From: an uncultured Oscillospiraceae bacterium
GTDB lineage: Bacteria; Bacillota; Clostridia; Christensenellales; CAG-138
Assembly: GCA_964496795.1 (NCBI GenBank)
Contig: CAZCAV010000005.1
Location: 1,944-65,943, forward strand
Direction: 5' to 3'
DNA: 64,000 bases
This document shows, piece by piece, positions 55,852 to 64,000 of this stretch (its first letter is position 1; the number at the start of each line of letters is the position of its first letter). A program made the position numbers and the translations under genes. A model generated the notes under the pieces. It was given only the letters and a program-made list of their open reading frames with translations. It made no database searches and was not told the origin of the DNA.

Positions 55852-55880
55852 TTGCGCGAATTTTCAGCACATGCTATAAT
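55852..55880 (+). promoter_or_regulatory. Sigma-A-type promoter candidate for dapL
   Basis: TTGCGC (55852-55857), 17-nt spacer, TATAAT (55875-55880), 25 nt before the dapL ATG. Confidence 0.45.
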
Positions 55881-55905
55881 GAATGGATTTTTCAGGAGGT
55901 GCTGC

Positions 55906-57132
55906 ATGTTCAAGGCTAACGGGTATTACAGTCTCCTTGCCGGCAATTATCTCTTTTCGGAAGTGGCAAAGCGCACCGCCGCTTTTCAGACGGCTCATCC
56001 GGACGCTAAGCTGATTCGCATGGGCATTGGTGACGTCACGCGTCCGCTCGTTCCCGCGGTCATTTCCGCCATGCACCGCGCCGTCGACGATATGGCGCAT
56101 GAGGAGACCTTCCATGGCTACGGGCCCGATTTTGGATACGATTTTCTGCGCGACGCGATTCTTAGCCGCGACTACACAGCCCGCGGCGTGGATCTGGATC
56201 GCGACGAGATCTTCGTTTCAGACGGCGCAAAATGCGACGTCGGCAATATTCAGGAGCTGTTCTCCGACGACTGCGTGGTAGCCGTCATGGATCCGGTATA
56301 TCCCGTTTATGTGGATACCAACGTCATGTCCGGACGCGCAGGACGCTACCTGCCAGATAAGGGCGCCTATGAAAAGATCCTATATATGCCCTGTACCGCC
56401 GCAAATGGCTTCGTGCCGGAGCCGCCTGCGAAACGTGCGGACGTATTGTATCTTTGTTATCCGAACAATCCAACCGGCATGACGCTCTCAAAGGAACAGT
56501 TGGCGCGCTTTGTAAACTACGCGCGTCAAAACGGGGCCCTGATACTCTACGATTCCGCCTACGAGGCATATATTACCGAAAGCGGCGTGCCGCACAGCAT
56601 CTACGAGGTGGAGGGTGCAAAGGAATGCGCCATAGAGTTTCGCTCCATGTCCAAAACAGCGGGCTTTACAGGCGTACGCTGCTCCTACACGGTCGTTCCG
56701 CATGAGCTGTGCATGCCAGACAGTCTGGGCAACCGCGTTTCACTCAACAGCATGTGGGCGCGGCGGCTTGCCACAAAGCTTAACGGCGTTTCCTACATCA
56801 CGCAGCGCGGCGCGGAGGCGGCCTGCTCCGTCGAGGGACAGGATCAGATCATGGCCGTAGTCGCCGATTATATGGAAAACGCGCGCATCATCCGCGAGGG
56901 TCTCAACGCCGCGGGCTTTACCGTCTATGGCGGCGTAAACGCCCCTTATATCTGGTTTAAAACGCCAAACGGCGATTCATGGGCCTTCTTTGACGAGCTG
57001 TTGGAGCATTACCACATCATCGGAACGCCCGGCGCCGGTTTCGGCGCGGCGGGCGAAGGCTATCTGCGCATGACGGCCTTTGCCACACGGGAAAACACGC
57101 TGTGCGCTATGGAGCGCATTCTTAGAGGCTGA
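55906..57132 (+). CDS. dapL: LL-diaminopimelate aminotransferase
   Basis: Start placed at MFKANGYYSLLAGNYLFSEV (AGGAGG 6 nt upstream). ...IRMGIGDVTRPL...YGPDFGY...SMSKTAGFTG are typical of DapL. Confidence 0.92.
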   Translation: MFKANGYYSLLAGNYLFSEVAKRTAAFQTAHPDAKLIRMGIGDVTRPLVPAVISAMHRAVDDMAHEETFHGYGPDFGYDFLRDAILSRDYTARGVDLDRDEIFVSDGAKCDVGNIQELFSDDCVVAVMDPVYPVYVDTNVMSGRAGRYLPDKGAYEKILYMPCTAANGFVPEPPAKRADVLYLCYPNNPTGMTLSKEQLARFVNYARQNGALILYDSAYEAYITESGVPHSIYEVEGAKECAIEFRSMSKTAGFTGVRCSYTVVPHELCMPDSLGNRVSLNSMWARRLATKLNGVSYITQRGAEAACSVEGQDQIMAVVADYMENARIIREGLNAAGFTVYGGVNAPYIWFKTPNGDSWAFFDELLEHYHIIGTPGAGFGAAGEGYLRMTAFATRENTLCAMERILRG

Positions 57133-57133
57133 T

Positions 57134-57796
57134 ATGACAAAGATCATAGCGTTCGAAGGGATCGACGGAACGGGAAAAAGCGTGCAGATGGAGCGGCTGA
57201 AGGAGCGCCTGACGGGCTCCGGCCGCAGGGTTCTGTCGCTTTCCTTTCCAATATACAGCTCGTTCTTTGGAAACGAGGTGGGCCGCCTGCTCTCGGGCCG
57301 CGACGGAACGCGCGCAGATGAGGTGGACGGCCGCAGCATGGCCCTCTGGTTTGCGCTGGACCGATTTGAAGCCTTCCGTGATTTTGATTATTCCACCGCC
57401 GACGTGCTGCTGATCAACCGCTATGTACTCAGCAACGCCGTCTATCAAAGCATCCGCGACTGCGACCTTAAAGAGCCGGATCTTCTGGACTTTGTGCAAA
57501 CGCTGGAGTATGATCATTTCGGTATTCCACGGCCCGACGCGCAGGTCATACTCGACATGTCCACCACGGATGCAGCGCAAAACGTGGACAAAAAGGGCTT
57601 TCGCGACTATGTAGGCGATGCGCGGGACGTATATGAAGCCATTCCTTCCATTCAAGAGCGCGCACGTTTGAAGTATCGGGAATACGCGAAGCGTTTGGAC
57701 GGCGTATTTTTGGTACGCTGCATGGAGGGCAGCCGTCTCAAGTCCATCGACGAAATTGCAGACGACGTAACCGCTGCACTAAACGACATTTTGTAG
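57134..57796 (+). CDS. Thymidylate-kinase-family protein (atypical paralogue)
   Basis: Start placed at MTKIIAFEGIDGTGKS (P-loop), 1 nt after the dapL stop. Type-I-like LSFP...G..L segment. NRY stands where the family has DRY/DRH. Confidence 0.75.
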   Translation: MTKIIAFEGIDGTGKSVQMERLKERLTGSGRRVLSLSFPIYSSFFGNEVGRLLSGRDGTRADEVDGRSMALWFALDRFEAFRDFDYSTADVLLINRYVLSNAVYQSIRDCDLKEPDLLDFVQTLEYDHFGIPRPDAQVILDMSTTDAAQNVDKKGFRDYVGDARDVYEAIPSIQERARLKYREYAKRLDGVFLVRCMEGSRLKSIDEIADDVTAALNDIL

Positions 57797-57810
57797 GAGG
57801 TAATATACAG

Positions 57811-58872
57811 ATGAGAAAAATCGGTATCCTAACCGGCGGCGGCGACTGCCCCGGCCTGAACGCGGTCATCCGCGGCGTTGTGGAAGAATGCGCGGCCAGC
57901 GGCATCGAGGTCTACGGCTTTTCCGCCGGTTGGCGTGGCGTGCTCAGCGGCGAGGGCCGCTGGCTCTCGCTGAAGGATGTGGAGGGCCTGCAGACCAAGG
58001 GCGGCACCATATTGGAAAGCTCGCGCACCAACGTAATGAAAGAGGAAAACGGCCCCGAAAAAGTGCGCACCACCCTGCAGGGCCTGCAGCTTGAGGGCCT
58101 TGTCGCCATCGGCGGCGACGATACGCTGGGCGTGGCCAACAAGCTCCAGAAAATGGGCATGAACATGATCGGCGTGCCAAAGACCATTGATAACGATCTC
58201 TCCTGTACCGACTATACCTTCGGCTTCGACACGGCTTCCAATATCGCCATGGACTGCATAGACAAGCTGCACACGACGGCCGCCTCGCACGCGCGCTGCA
58301 TCGTCGTCGAGTGCATGGGCCGGCACACCGGCTGGATCGCCATACAGGCCGGCCTGGCCGCCGACGCGCACCTGATCCTGATACCGGAATTTCCCAAGAC
58401 CTTCGACCAGATCATGCAGGTCGTGCGCGGACGCTATATTCGCGGCGAGCGTCACACGATTATTGCGTTGGCGGAAGGCTTTGAGCTTGGCGGCGAGCCC
58501 GAGCAGGATCTAGGCTTCGACGCCTTTGGCAACAAGCTGTTTCTTGAAAAAGAGCTGGCCAAGACGCTGGCCACCCGCATCGAAAAAGCCATGCGCGAGG
58601 ATATGACGTTGGACGATAAGCGCAAGTATTTCGAATGCCGTTCTGTCATACTGGGACACATTCAGCGCGGCGGTTCCCCCTCCTGCTTCGACCGTGTTCT
58701 TGGCACCCGCCTCGGATTCAAGGCGGGCGAGTTGGTCGTCGCCGGCGATTACGGCAACATGGTTGCGCTGCAGGGCACCAAAATAGTCAAGGCCGATCTG
58801 GACAAGGCCGTTACGGAGCGTAAAGAGGTCGATTACGATCTCTATCATTCCGCAGAGCTGCTGTTCAAATAA
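57811..58872 (+). CDS. 6-phosphofructokinase (sequence signature of the PPi-dependent type)
   Basis: 353 aa. GILTGGGDCPGLNAVIRG, GGDDT, PKTIDND, MGRHTGWIA. Confidence 0.92.
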   Translation: MRKIGILTGGGDCPGLNAVIRGVVEECAASGIEVYGFSAGWRGVLSGEGRWLSLKDVEGLQTKGGTILESSRTNVMKEENGPEKVRTTLQGLQLEGLVAIGGDDTLGVANKLQKMGMNMIGVPKTIDNDLSCTDYTFGFDTASNIAMDCIDKLHTTAASHARCIVVECMGRHTGWIAIQAGLAADAHLILIPEFPKTFDQIMQVVRGRYIRGERHTIIALAEGFELGGEPEQDLGFDAFGNKLFLEKELAKTLATRIEKAMREDMTLDDKRKYFECRSVILGHIQRGGSPSCFDRVLGTRLGFKAGELVVAGDYGNMVALQGTKIVKADLDKAVTERKEVDYDLYHSAELLFK

Positions 58873-58909
58873 GCTTATGCGGCCGGTCTTAAGGCTGAAC
58901 CGGACATAC

Positions 58910-58951
58910 GATGATAATCAAGGGCCGCGGCAATTTGCTTTGCCGCGGCCC
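58910..58951 (-). terminator. Hairpin, possible terminator for the AraC-family gene
   Basis: Perfect 12-bp stem GGGCCGCGGCAA / TTGCCGCGGCCC (58922-58951) with a 6-nt loop. The minus-strand tail CTTGATTATCATCG is only moderately U-rich. Confidence 0.4.
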
Positions 58952-58972
58952 GTGTCTGCCAGGAAATCTTTC

Positions 58973-59018
58973 GGCAGGCGTTATGTGCCGCAGACGGCGC
59001 CTGCCTTCGTTCCGTTTT
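58973..59018 (+). terminator. Rho-independent terminator candidate after pfk
   Basis: Perfect 8-bp stem GGCAGGCG (58973-58980) / CGCCTGCC (58998-59005), followed by TTCGTTCCGTTTT. Confidence 0.6.
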
Positions 59019-59032
59019 GAGCGTCCTAACGG

Positions 59033-59899
59033 CTATTTCTTAATGATCGGCAGCCATATCTCACAGCGATAGTCTGGCGACTTTGGATCTCCCTCGGGAT
59101 AGACCTCTATATCCGCCGCAGGCGCATATTCGTAGTCAGAGGAAGGCAGCCACTCGGATATGATGCGCTGCTGCATTTCCTGTATGGCGTCCGGCATAGA
59201 TCCCACGGCTTCAAACACCGCGTAGGTCGCCTGCGGCATTATGTATTCCTCCATCCCCTCCGGTACGGGTGCGTCTGTGGCTGCTGCAATGAAATAGCCG
59301 GAATACTCGCCTCCGTCGCAGGTGGATATACCAAGTACGCCTTGAGGCGAATTCCCCTGCATCAGCGCGCACAGCTTTTTCATGCCGTTCTCCGCCATAA
59401 CTCTGTCCCAGAATAACGGAACCTTCTCGAAGCAATCCTCCATCGTCATCGACTCCCTGGTCGCATATCCCACGATACGAAAGGATTCCTTGTTCACGAT
59501 TCTAAATTCCATAGCCTTTTCTCCCTTGACCGACAGTGTAAAGGTGATGCGGGGAAACGCCGTCAGATGAACGCCTTTCTGCTTTGCGCCTGAGGGCGAA
59601 ACGCCGTGTACGCTTTGAAATGCGCGATTGAAGGCCGTAGGCGAATCGTAGCCGTATTTGAGCGCCACATCAAGCACCTTAGCTCCATGCTCCATTAAAT
59701 CAAACGCCGCCGCCGTCATCCTGCGCCTGCGGATATATTCGCTCACCGTAACACCCGTAACAAAAGCGAACATCCTGAGAAAATGGAATTCGGAGCAAGC
59801 CGCGATCCGCGCGGCTTTCGACGTTTCTATGCGGCCCGCAAGATTGCTTTCCATATAATCGATCGCCCTGTTCATGCCTTCGATCCATTCCATGTGCAT
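59033..59899 (-). CDS. AraC-family transcriptional regulator with GyrI-like effector-binding domain
   Basis: 288 aa. N-terminal AraC HTH pair (...SEFHFLRMFAFVTGVTVSEYIRRRR...SPTAFNRAFQ). The C-terminal half is GyrI/SOUL-like. Confidence 0.85.
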   Translation of the reverse strand: MHMEWIEGMNRAIDYMESNLAGRIETSKAARIAACSEFHFLRMFAFVTGVTVSEYIRRRRMTAAAFDLMEHGAKVLDVALKYGYDSPTAFNRAFQSVHGVSPSGAKQKGVHLTAFPRITFTLSVKGEKAMEFRIVNKESFRIVGYATRESMTMEDCFEKVPLFWDRVMAENGMKKLCALMQGNSPQGVLGISTCDGGEYSGYFIAAATDAPVPEGMEEYIMPQATYAVFEAVGSMPDAIQEMQQRIISEWLPSSDYEYAPAADIEVYPEGDPKSPDYRCEIWLPIIKK

Positions 59900-59982
59900 T
59901 GCTCACCTTCCGAAGCGATTATAGCGCAGAATACTCCGAAACGCCTCTCCGCATCTATACGAGTTTTGCGAGATTCCTGCTC

Positions 59983-60873
59983 TTATTCGCCGCGCAGCCG
60001 GCGCACGCGATCCGCCACCGCCCGTCCGGTGGGCGTGGTGGCCAGCCCGCCCTTGGCCGTTTCGCGGTATTCCGGCCGGATATCACAGCCGACGGCATAC
60101 ATGGCGGCGACAACCTCGTCGAAGGGGATCAGGCTCGTAATGCCGGAAAGCGCCATGTCGGCGCAGAGCATAGCGTTGACCGCGCCCAGCGCGTTTCGCT
60201 TGATACAGGGGCATTCCACAAGCCCGGCCACGGGATCGCATATCAGTCCCATAACGTTTTTGATCGTCATGGCGGCAGCGTCAAGCGCCTGCACGGGCGC
60301 GCCGCCGCTGATCTCCACCAGCGCTGCCGCCGCCATGGCCGCGCCAACGCCGGTCTCCGCCTGGCAACCGCCGCCCGCGCCGGAGATCGTTGCATTCTTG
60401 GCAAACAGCAGTCCTACGGCTCCCGCCGTAAACAGGCCGCGTACAAGCTGCTCGTCCGACCAGTTTCTTTGATGCGCGCTCTCGATCAAAACGCCGGGCA
60501 ATATGCCGGAGGCGCCTGCTGTCGGCGCCGCTACAATGCGGCCCATAGAGGCGTTCACTTCTACGACCGCCATGGCGCTTGCCGCGGCCCGGCAGGCAAT
60601 GGTGCCGGAAAACGGATCAAATTTTGAATATTTATACAGCATCTCCGCCTCGCCGCCGGTCAGGCCGCTGACGGAGGCGTTGTGGCAGCGCAAGCCTTCT
60701 GCCACAGCGTCGCGCATCACGTTCAGGTTTTCGTGCATTTCGGCCAATATATCCTCGCGTGAGCGTTCGGAAAGCTTGACTTCGCGTTCGACCATGGCTT
60801 CCCAGATAGCGATACCGTTTTTCTGGCAATGGCTGCGCAGAGACTCTCCGTTTTGAAACGCCTGTGTCAGCAT
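59983..60873 (-). CDS. sdaAA: L-serine dehydratase, iron-sulfur type, alpha subunit
   Basis: 296 aa. ...AAPTAGASGILPG...GGCQAE.G.A motifs. Follows sdaAB. Confidence 0.93.
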   Translation of the reverse strand: MLTQAFQNGESLRSHCQKNGIAIWEAMVEREVKLSERSREDILAEMHENLNVMRDAVAEGLRCHNASVSGLTGGEAEMLYKYSKFDPFSGTIACRAAASAMAVVEVNASMGRIVAAPTAGASGILPGVLIESAHQRNWSDEQLVRGLFTAGAVGLLFAKNATISGAGGGCQAETGVGAAMAAAALVEISGGAPVQALDAAAMTIKNVMGLICDPVAGLVECPCIKRNALGAVNAMLCADMALSGITSLIPFDEVVAAMYAVGCDIRPEYRETAKGGLATTPTGRAVADRVRRLRGE

Positions 60874-60885
60874 GACGCTCCTCCT

Positions 60886-61548
60886 TTACACAGCGAACAG
60901 CTTGGTCACGCCTTTGCAGCTGCTTTCCAGCTGCTCAAGCATTTCAGGCGTGATCGTCTGATCGGTTTCGATCGTCATATACGCGTCCTCTCCCTTGCCA
61001 TGGCGAAACACGCGCATAAACGCAATATTGACGTCAAGACACGCCAATACGGCGGATACCTCGGCAATGACGCCCGGCTTATCGTCATGCTGAATCACCA
61101 GCGTAGGATACTCTCCGGAAAGCTCCACGTTCAGGCCGTTGATCTCCACAATGCGGATGGAGCCCCCGCCGATAGACTGGCCGACGACTTCGGTCGTCCG
61201 GCCGTGCGAGCCGGTGATCACGATGCGCGCCGTATTGGGATGGCGAACAGGTTCTTCCGAATAGGCTACGCTGATGGGTATGCAAAGCTTGCGCGCGATC
61301 TGATAAGCGTCCTTGATACGCGCGTCGTCCGGCTGCATCCCGAGAACGCCCGCGATCAACGCCTTATCCGTACCATGGCCTTTGCCGGTCTCTGCAAAGG
61401 AACCATAGAGCGTAAAGGCGGCTTCCGCCACATCCATTCCCGCAATATGCCGCGCAACATGCGCCATGCGCACCGCGCCCGCCGTGTGCGAGCTGGAAGG
61501 GCCGCTCATGCGCGGGCCCACGATATCGAATACGGAATAGCCTTCCAT
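60886..61548 (-). CDS. sdaAB: L-serine dehydratase, iron-sulfur type, beta subunit
   Basis: Start placed at MEGYSVFDIVGPRMSGPSSSHTAG (ATG 61548; AAGGGGGA upstream). Has a C-terminal ACT-like domain. The 79 upstream codons of the track ORF overlie the SRP RNA. Confidence 0.9.
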   Translation of the reverse strand: MEGYSVFDIVGPRMSGPSSSHTAGAVRMAHVARHIAGMDVAEAAFTLYGSFAETGKGHGTDKALIAGVLGMQPDDARIKDAYQIARKLCIPISVAYSEEPVRHPNTARIVITGSHGRTTEVVGQSIGGGSIRIVEINGLNVELSGEYPTLVIQHDDKPGVIAEVSAVLACLDVNIAFMRVFRHGKGEDAYMTIETDQTITPEMLEQLESSCKGVTKLFAV

Positions 61549-61621
61549 GCTTATCCCCCTTGTATATGAAATAACCGACGCAAACAGGACGTTCGCGCCG
61601 GCATATTCTTTTGTGCGGAAT

Positions 61622-61897
61622 ACAATGCCGCGCACCCGCTTCTTGACCAAACGCCTCCGGGCGATGCTCCGGCAGGCGGCTCCCTTCAGGTTACCCCGCG
61701 GCACACCGGTCCATCCGTTTAATGCTGCTTCCGTCAGGACCTGACATGGTTCGCGGCGGCCGGTTGCACGGGACCCGACTCTCAACGCTCCTTACCGGTA
61801 TCCGGCCCCACAGGCGGCGGCCTCAAAGCGGGAATTCAGCCCTGCTGTAGCGGATTGCAGGTACAGGGCACCGCTAGCTCCCCGCTTAGCGCGGCTT
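61622..61897 (-). ncRNA. ffs: Signal recognition particle RNA (large, Bacillus-type, with Alu domain)
   Basis: The minus strand carries ...GCTAAGCGGGGAGCTAGCGGTGCCCTGTACCTGCAATCCGCT.CAGCAGGGC.GAAT.CCC (Alu domain, near-identical to my memory of B. subtilis scRNA). It also carries the universal domain-IV motif CATGTCAGGTCCTGACGGAAGCAGCATTAA (about 61724-61750). Terminal helix GCCGCGC (61895-61889) / GCGCGGC (61633-61627). TATAAT at 61907-61902. The ends are approximate. Confidence 0.9.
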
Positions 61898-61902
61898 CTA
61901 TA

Positions 61903-62826
61903 TTATATCATCGTTTTCCGAATATGCAACTTGGAAATTGCATACTCCGCAGCGGCGCGCACAGGCTCCCGCGGATCGTCGGCCAGCGCTTCTATCCGCG
62001 GCAATAAATCCGCGCGTCCTTCGTTAGCGGCCATGACCGCCGCATGCGCCACAAGGCGTCCGCCGGATTTCTGGTTGCGTCCGACGATGGCGAGTGCGCC
62101 GCTTATATCGTTTTTCAGCAAGCGCTCATATGTAAAAGCATCCGGCAAAGCGTCTGTCGCACCGATTCCCTCGTTATAGGGGCAGGCGTACTGGCAGCGC
62201 TCACAGCCCAGCATTTGATTCATCCGCTCCATGACGTATACCGGCATGGTTTCCTTTCCCATGTACGCGCGCAGACAGTAACGAAAATCAAAGCCATTAT
62301 TTGTGATAGCGCCAGCAGGACATGCGGCCGCGCACGCGCCGCAATCCTCACACGCCCCTAACGGCGGCCGGTCATCGTAGGCAGGACGCTCCATGCAGGC
62401 GATCAGCGTTTGCACGGCAAAGCGCGTGCCGTATGGTATGATCGCCGTCAGACCGTTCTTTAAAGCAACGCCCGTTCCGCTTCTGAGCAGCAGCTCGCGC
62501 AGCGGCACATAGACGCGCTCAGCGCGCAGGCCGTTTTCAGACAGGCGCTCCAACAGGTCCCCGGACGCATGGTAGGCGGCGTTTGACGGCGCATAGTAGC
62601 TGCAGAGCGGCAGGCTGGCAGAGTAAGGCGTATATGGCCAGATCAACGTCAAAATCGCATTGGCCCATGGATAATCGCACGGCAGGTCATAGCTTAGGCT
62701 CCGGCCGCCGGTATGCAAAGCGCCGTGCAAAAGCCGGCGCTCATAGTACATAAATTTGTCCGGCCGGAGGATGCGGCATTCTAAAAAGCCGCATGTCAGC
62801 GCCAGGCTTTTGACGTCCTCGTTCAA
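61903..62826 (-). CDS. queG: Epoxyqueuosine reductase QueG-like (double 4Fe-4S plus HEAT repeat)
   Basis: 307 aa. CEDCGACAAACPAGAI and GCERCQYACPYN ferredoxin motifs. C-terminal HEAT-like LADDPREPVRAAAEYAI. TTG start overlapping the V-ATPase D stop. Confidence 0.7.
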   Translation of the reverse strand: MNEDVKSLALTCGFLECRILRPDKFMYYERRLLHGALHTGGRSLSYDLPCDYPWANAILTLIWPYTPYSASLPLCSYYAPSNAAYHASGDLLERLSENGLRAERVYVPLRELLLRSGTGVALKNGLTAIIPYGTRFAVQTLIACMERPAYDDRPPLGACEDCGACAAACPAGAITNNGFDFRYCLRAYMGKETMPVYVMERMNQMLGCERCQYACPYNEGIGATDALPDAFTYERLLKNDISGALAIVGRNQKSGGRLVAHAAVMAANEGRADLLPRIEALADDPREPVRAAAEYAISKLHIRKTMI

Positions 62827-63449
62827 TGCTGCTGTATCATTTCCTTGGTCTTCATAAGCCGCGTCGTGCTGCTGCGGTCGTTTTCATCCAGCTTCATCTG
62901 GATCTGGCGGATCGTTTCCGTAAACTGCGGGATCATGACATACTCGAGCGCGTTAACGCGCCGGCGTGTTTTTTCGATCTCATCCGCCAGCCGAGAACAG
63001 GTTTTTTCGACCTCGGCAAGCTCCAAAAGCTTCGGCAGCACTTCGGAAAGCTGCTGAACCGCCACGTCCAGATCGGCGCTCGTGGACATAAACCCATAGG
63101 GATAGGCAAAGCCCTCCGCCACATCGATCGATAGCTCGGGCACATGAATGGACAGTACGTTCTGCGTGCGCGCGTTCACATCAGCCGCCCGTGCGGGCAC
63201 CATCAGCGCTTCCTCTATCTCCGCTTCGCTCATGACCGCACGCGCCAGTACAAAGGCGCGCATGGCTGAGGAAAGCAGCTTTTCCGTTTCCTCACGCAGC
63301 TCACGGTTGCGGCGGGCGTAGAGTATAAAGCGCCGCACAAGCTCGTCGCGCTTATCCTTCATCATCTTGTGCCCGCGAATGGCGACCAACCGGCGTTTTT
63401 TGAGGTTGCTCAGCTCCATGCGGGTCGGCTTGACCTGTATCGCCGCCAC
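62823..63449 (-). CDS. atpD: V-type ATP synthase subunit D
   Basis: 208 aa. ...VKPTRMELSNLKKRL... is typical of the family. GTG start with AAGGAGG 8 nt upstream. Confidence 0.92.
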   Translation of the reverse strand: MAAIQVKPTRMELSNLKKRRLVAIRGHKMMKDKRDELVRRFILYARRNRELREETEKLLSSAMRAFVLARAVMSEAEIEEALMVPARAADVNARTQNVLSIHVPELSIDVAEGFAYPYGFMSTSADLDVAVQQLSEVLPKLLELAEVEKTCSRLADEIEKTRRRVNALEYVMIPQFTETIRQIQMKLDENDRSSTTRLMKTKEMIQQH

Positions 63450-63452
63450 GGC

Positions 63453-64000
63453 TTAAGCCTCCTTGTTGGGATAATACTTCTCGATATATTCGTCGCGAAT
63501 ACGTTTGAGCTCGGACTTTGGCAGAATGCCAAGCAGCTTCCAGCCAAGGTCAAGAGTCTCCTCGATGCTGCGGTTCGTATAGTAGCCCTGCGAGACATAC
63601 TCCGCTTCAAAAGCGTCGGCAAACTTAGCGTAAAGCTTGTCCGCGTCTGAAAGCGCCGCGTCGCCCAGTATCACCGCCAGCTCCTTGGCGTCCTTTCCAC
63701 GCGAATATGCGGAAAAAAGCTGGTTCATGGTGTCGGCATGATCCTCACGGGTCTTGCCCTTGCCAATGCCCTTATCCTTCAAACGCGAGAGCGAAGGCAG
63801 AACGTTAATGGGCGGCGTGATGCCCTTGCGGTGCAATTCGCGCGACAATATGATCTGGCCCTCAGTGATATAGCCCGTCAGATCAGGAATCGGGTGCGTA
63901 ACATCGTCCTCCGGCATGGACAGTATCGGGATCATCGTAATGGAGCCCGCATTATCGCGGATACGGCCGGCGCGCTCATACATGGTGGCCAAATCGGTAT
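63453..64000 (-). CDS. atpB: V-type ATP synthase subunit B (C-terminal part; 5' end outside window)
   Basis: The frame is open to the right edge (..[44 protein letters not shown]..). The TTG at 63992 is not the real start. Confidence 0.92.
   Translation of the reverse strand, partial: TDLATMYERAGRIRDNAGSITMIPILSMPEDDVTHPIPDLTGYITEGQIILSRELHRKGITPPINVLPSLSRLKDKGIGKGKTREDHADTMNQLFSAYSRGKDAKELAVILGDAALSDADKLYAKFADAFEAEYVSQGYYTNRSIEETLDLGWKLLGILPKSELKRIRDEYIEKYYPNKEA

Noticed and set aside
54911-55870. 319-aa alternative-frame minus-strand ORF overlapping the spoIIE 5' half.
   Set aside because: The SpoIIE frame gives a coherent polytopic membrane domain continuous with the PP2C domain. The alternative frame gives an Arg/Ala-rich sequence with no motif.
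58877-59020. 47-codon plus-strand ORF (MRPVLRLNRTYDDNQGPRQF...) in the pfk/AraC convergent intergenic region.
   Set aside because: It has no Shine-Dalgarno; its ATG lies 4 nt after the pfk stop. It is made almost entirely of the arms of three terminator-type hairpins, and its composition is implausible.
61549-61785. N-terminal 79-codon extension of sdaAB in the ORF track.
   Set aside because: It overlies the SRP RNA. The internal MEGYSVFDIVGP start has a good RBS and matches SdaAB N-termini. Similar over-long track starts were trimmed for relA, recJ, pta, coaD, the L,D-transpeptidase, recO, era, spoIIE, dapL and the tmk-like gene.

Overview
This 64-kb window comes from a GC-rich, endospore-forming Firmicute. 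The gene content is Clostridia-like: SCIFF/ScfB, DapL, V-type ATPase, spoIIE-spoIIGA-sigE, sigG, yqfC/yqfD and ylbJ. Nt 1-15923 is the 3' part of one giant repetitive surface-protein gene of more than 5,300 codons; its start lies beyond the left edge. The rest is tightly packed core genome. (a) A long minus-strand run holds rpoD-dnaG-dgt, a HAD phosphatase, tRNA-Ala(GGC), an RseC-like gene, aspS-hisS behind a T-box leader, hemZ-like/MBL/dtd/relA, apt-recJ-scfB-scfA and ackA-pta. (b) A ylb-type block holds tmcAL, a patatin gene, ylbJ, an unknown coiled-coil/acidic protein, coaD and rsmD, followed by an M23 peptidase and an L,D-transpeptidase. (c) Next come recO-yqzL-era-cdd-ybeY-pgpH-phoH-yqfD-yqfC. 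(d) A sporulation sigma cluster holds sigG convergent on spoIIE-spoIIGA-sigE. (e) The last block holds dapL, a tmk-like gene, pfk, an AraC/GyrI regulator, sdaAB/sdaAA, SRP RNA, queG, and V-ATPase D and B (B partial). I recognised no transposase, integrase, phage, CRISPR, restriction/defence or toxin-antitoxin signature, and I cannot point to a clear-cut novel multi-gene system. Six things are most worth a second look. First, the giant mosaic surface protein and its nested repeats. Second, a 47-codon SCIFF ranthipeptide precursor missing from the ORF track, whose maturase is translationally coupled to recJ. Third, an uncharacterised tripartite protein coupled to coaD. Fourth, a 33-bp perfect palindrome over the pta/tmcAL divergent promoters. 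Fifth, the unusual sporulation sigma locus: sigG inverted, spoIIE fused to spoIIGA, and a 161-nt spoIIGA/sigE overlap. Sixth, two RNAs hidden under spurious N-terminal ORF extensions, the T-box leader and the SRP RNA. All calls rest on reading the sequence and on remembered family motifs; no searches were run.
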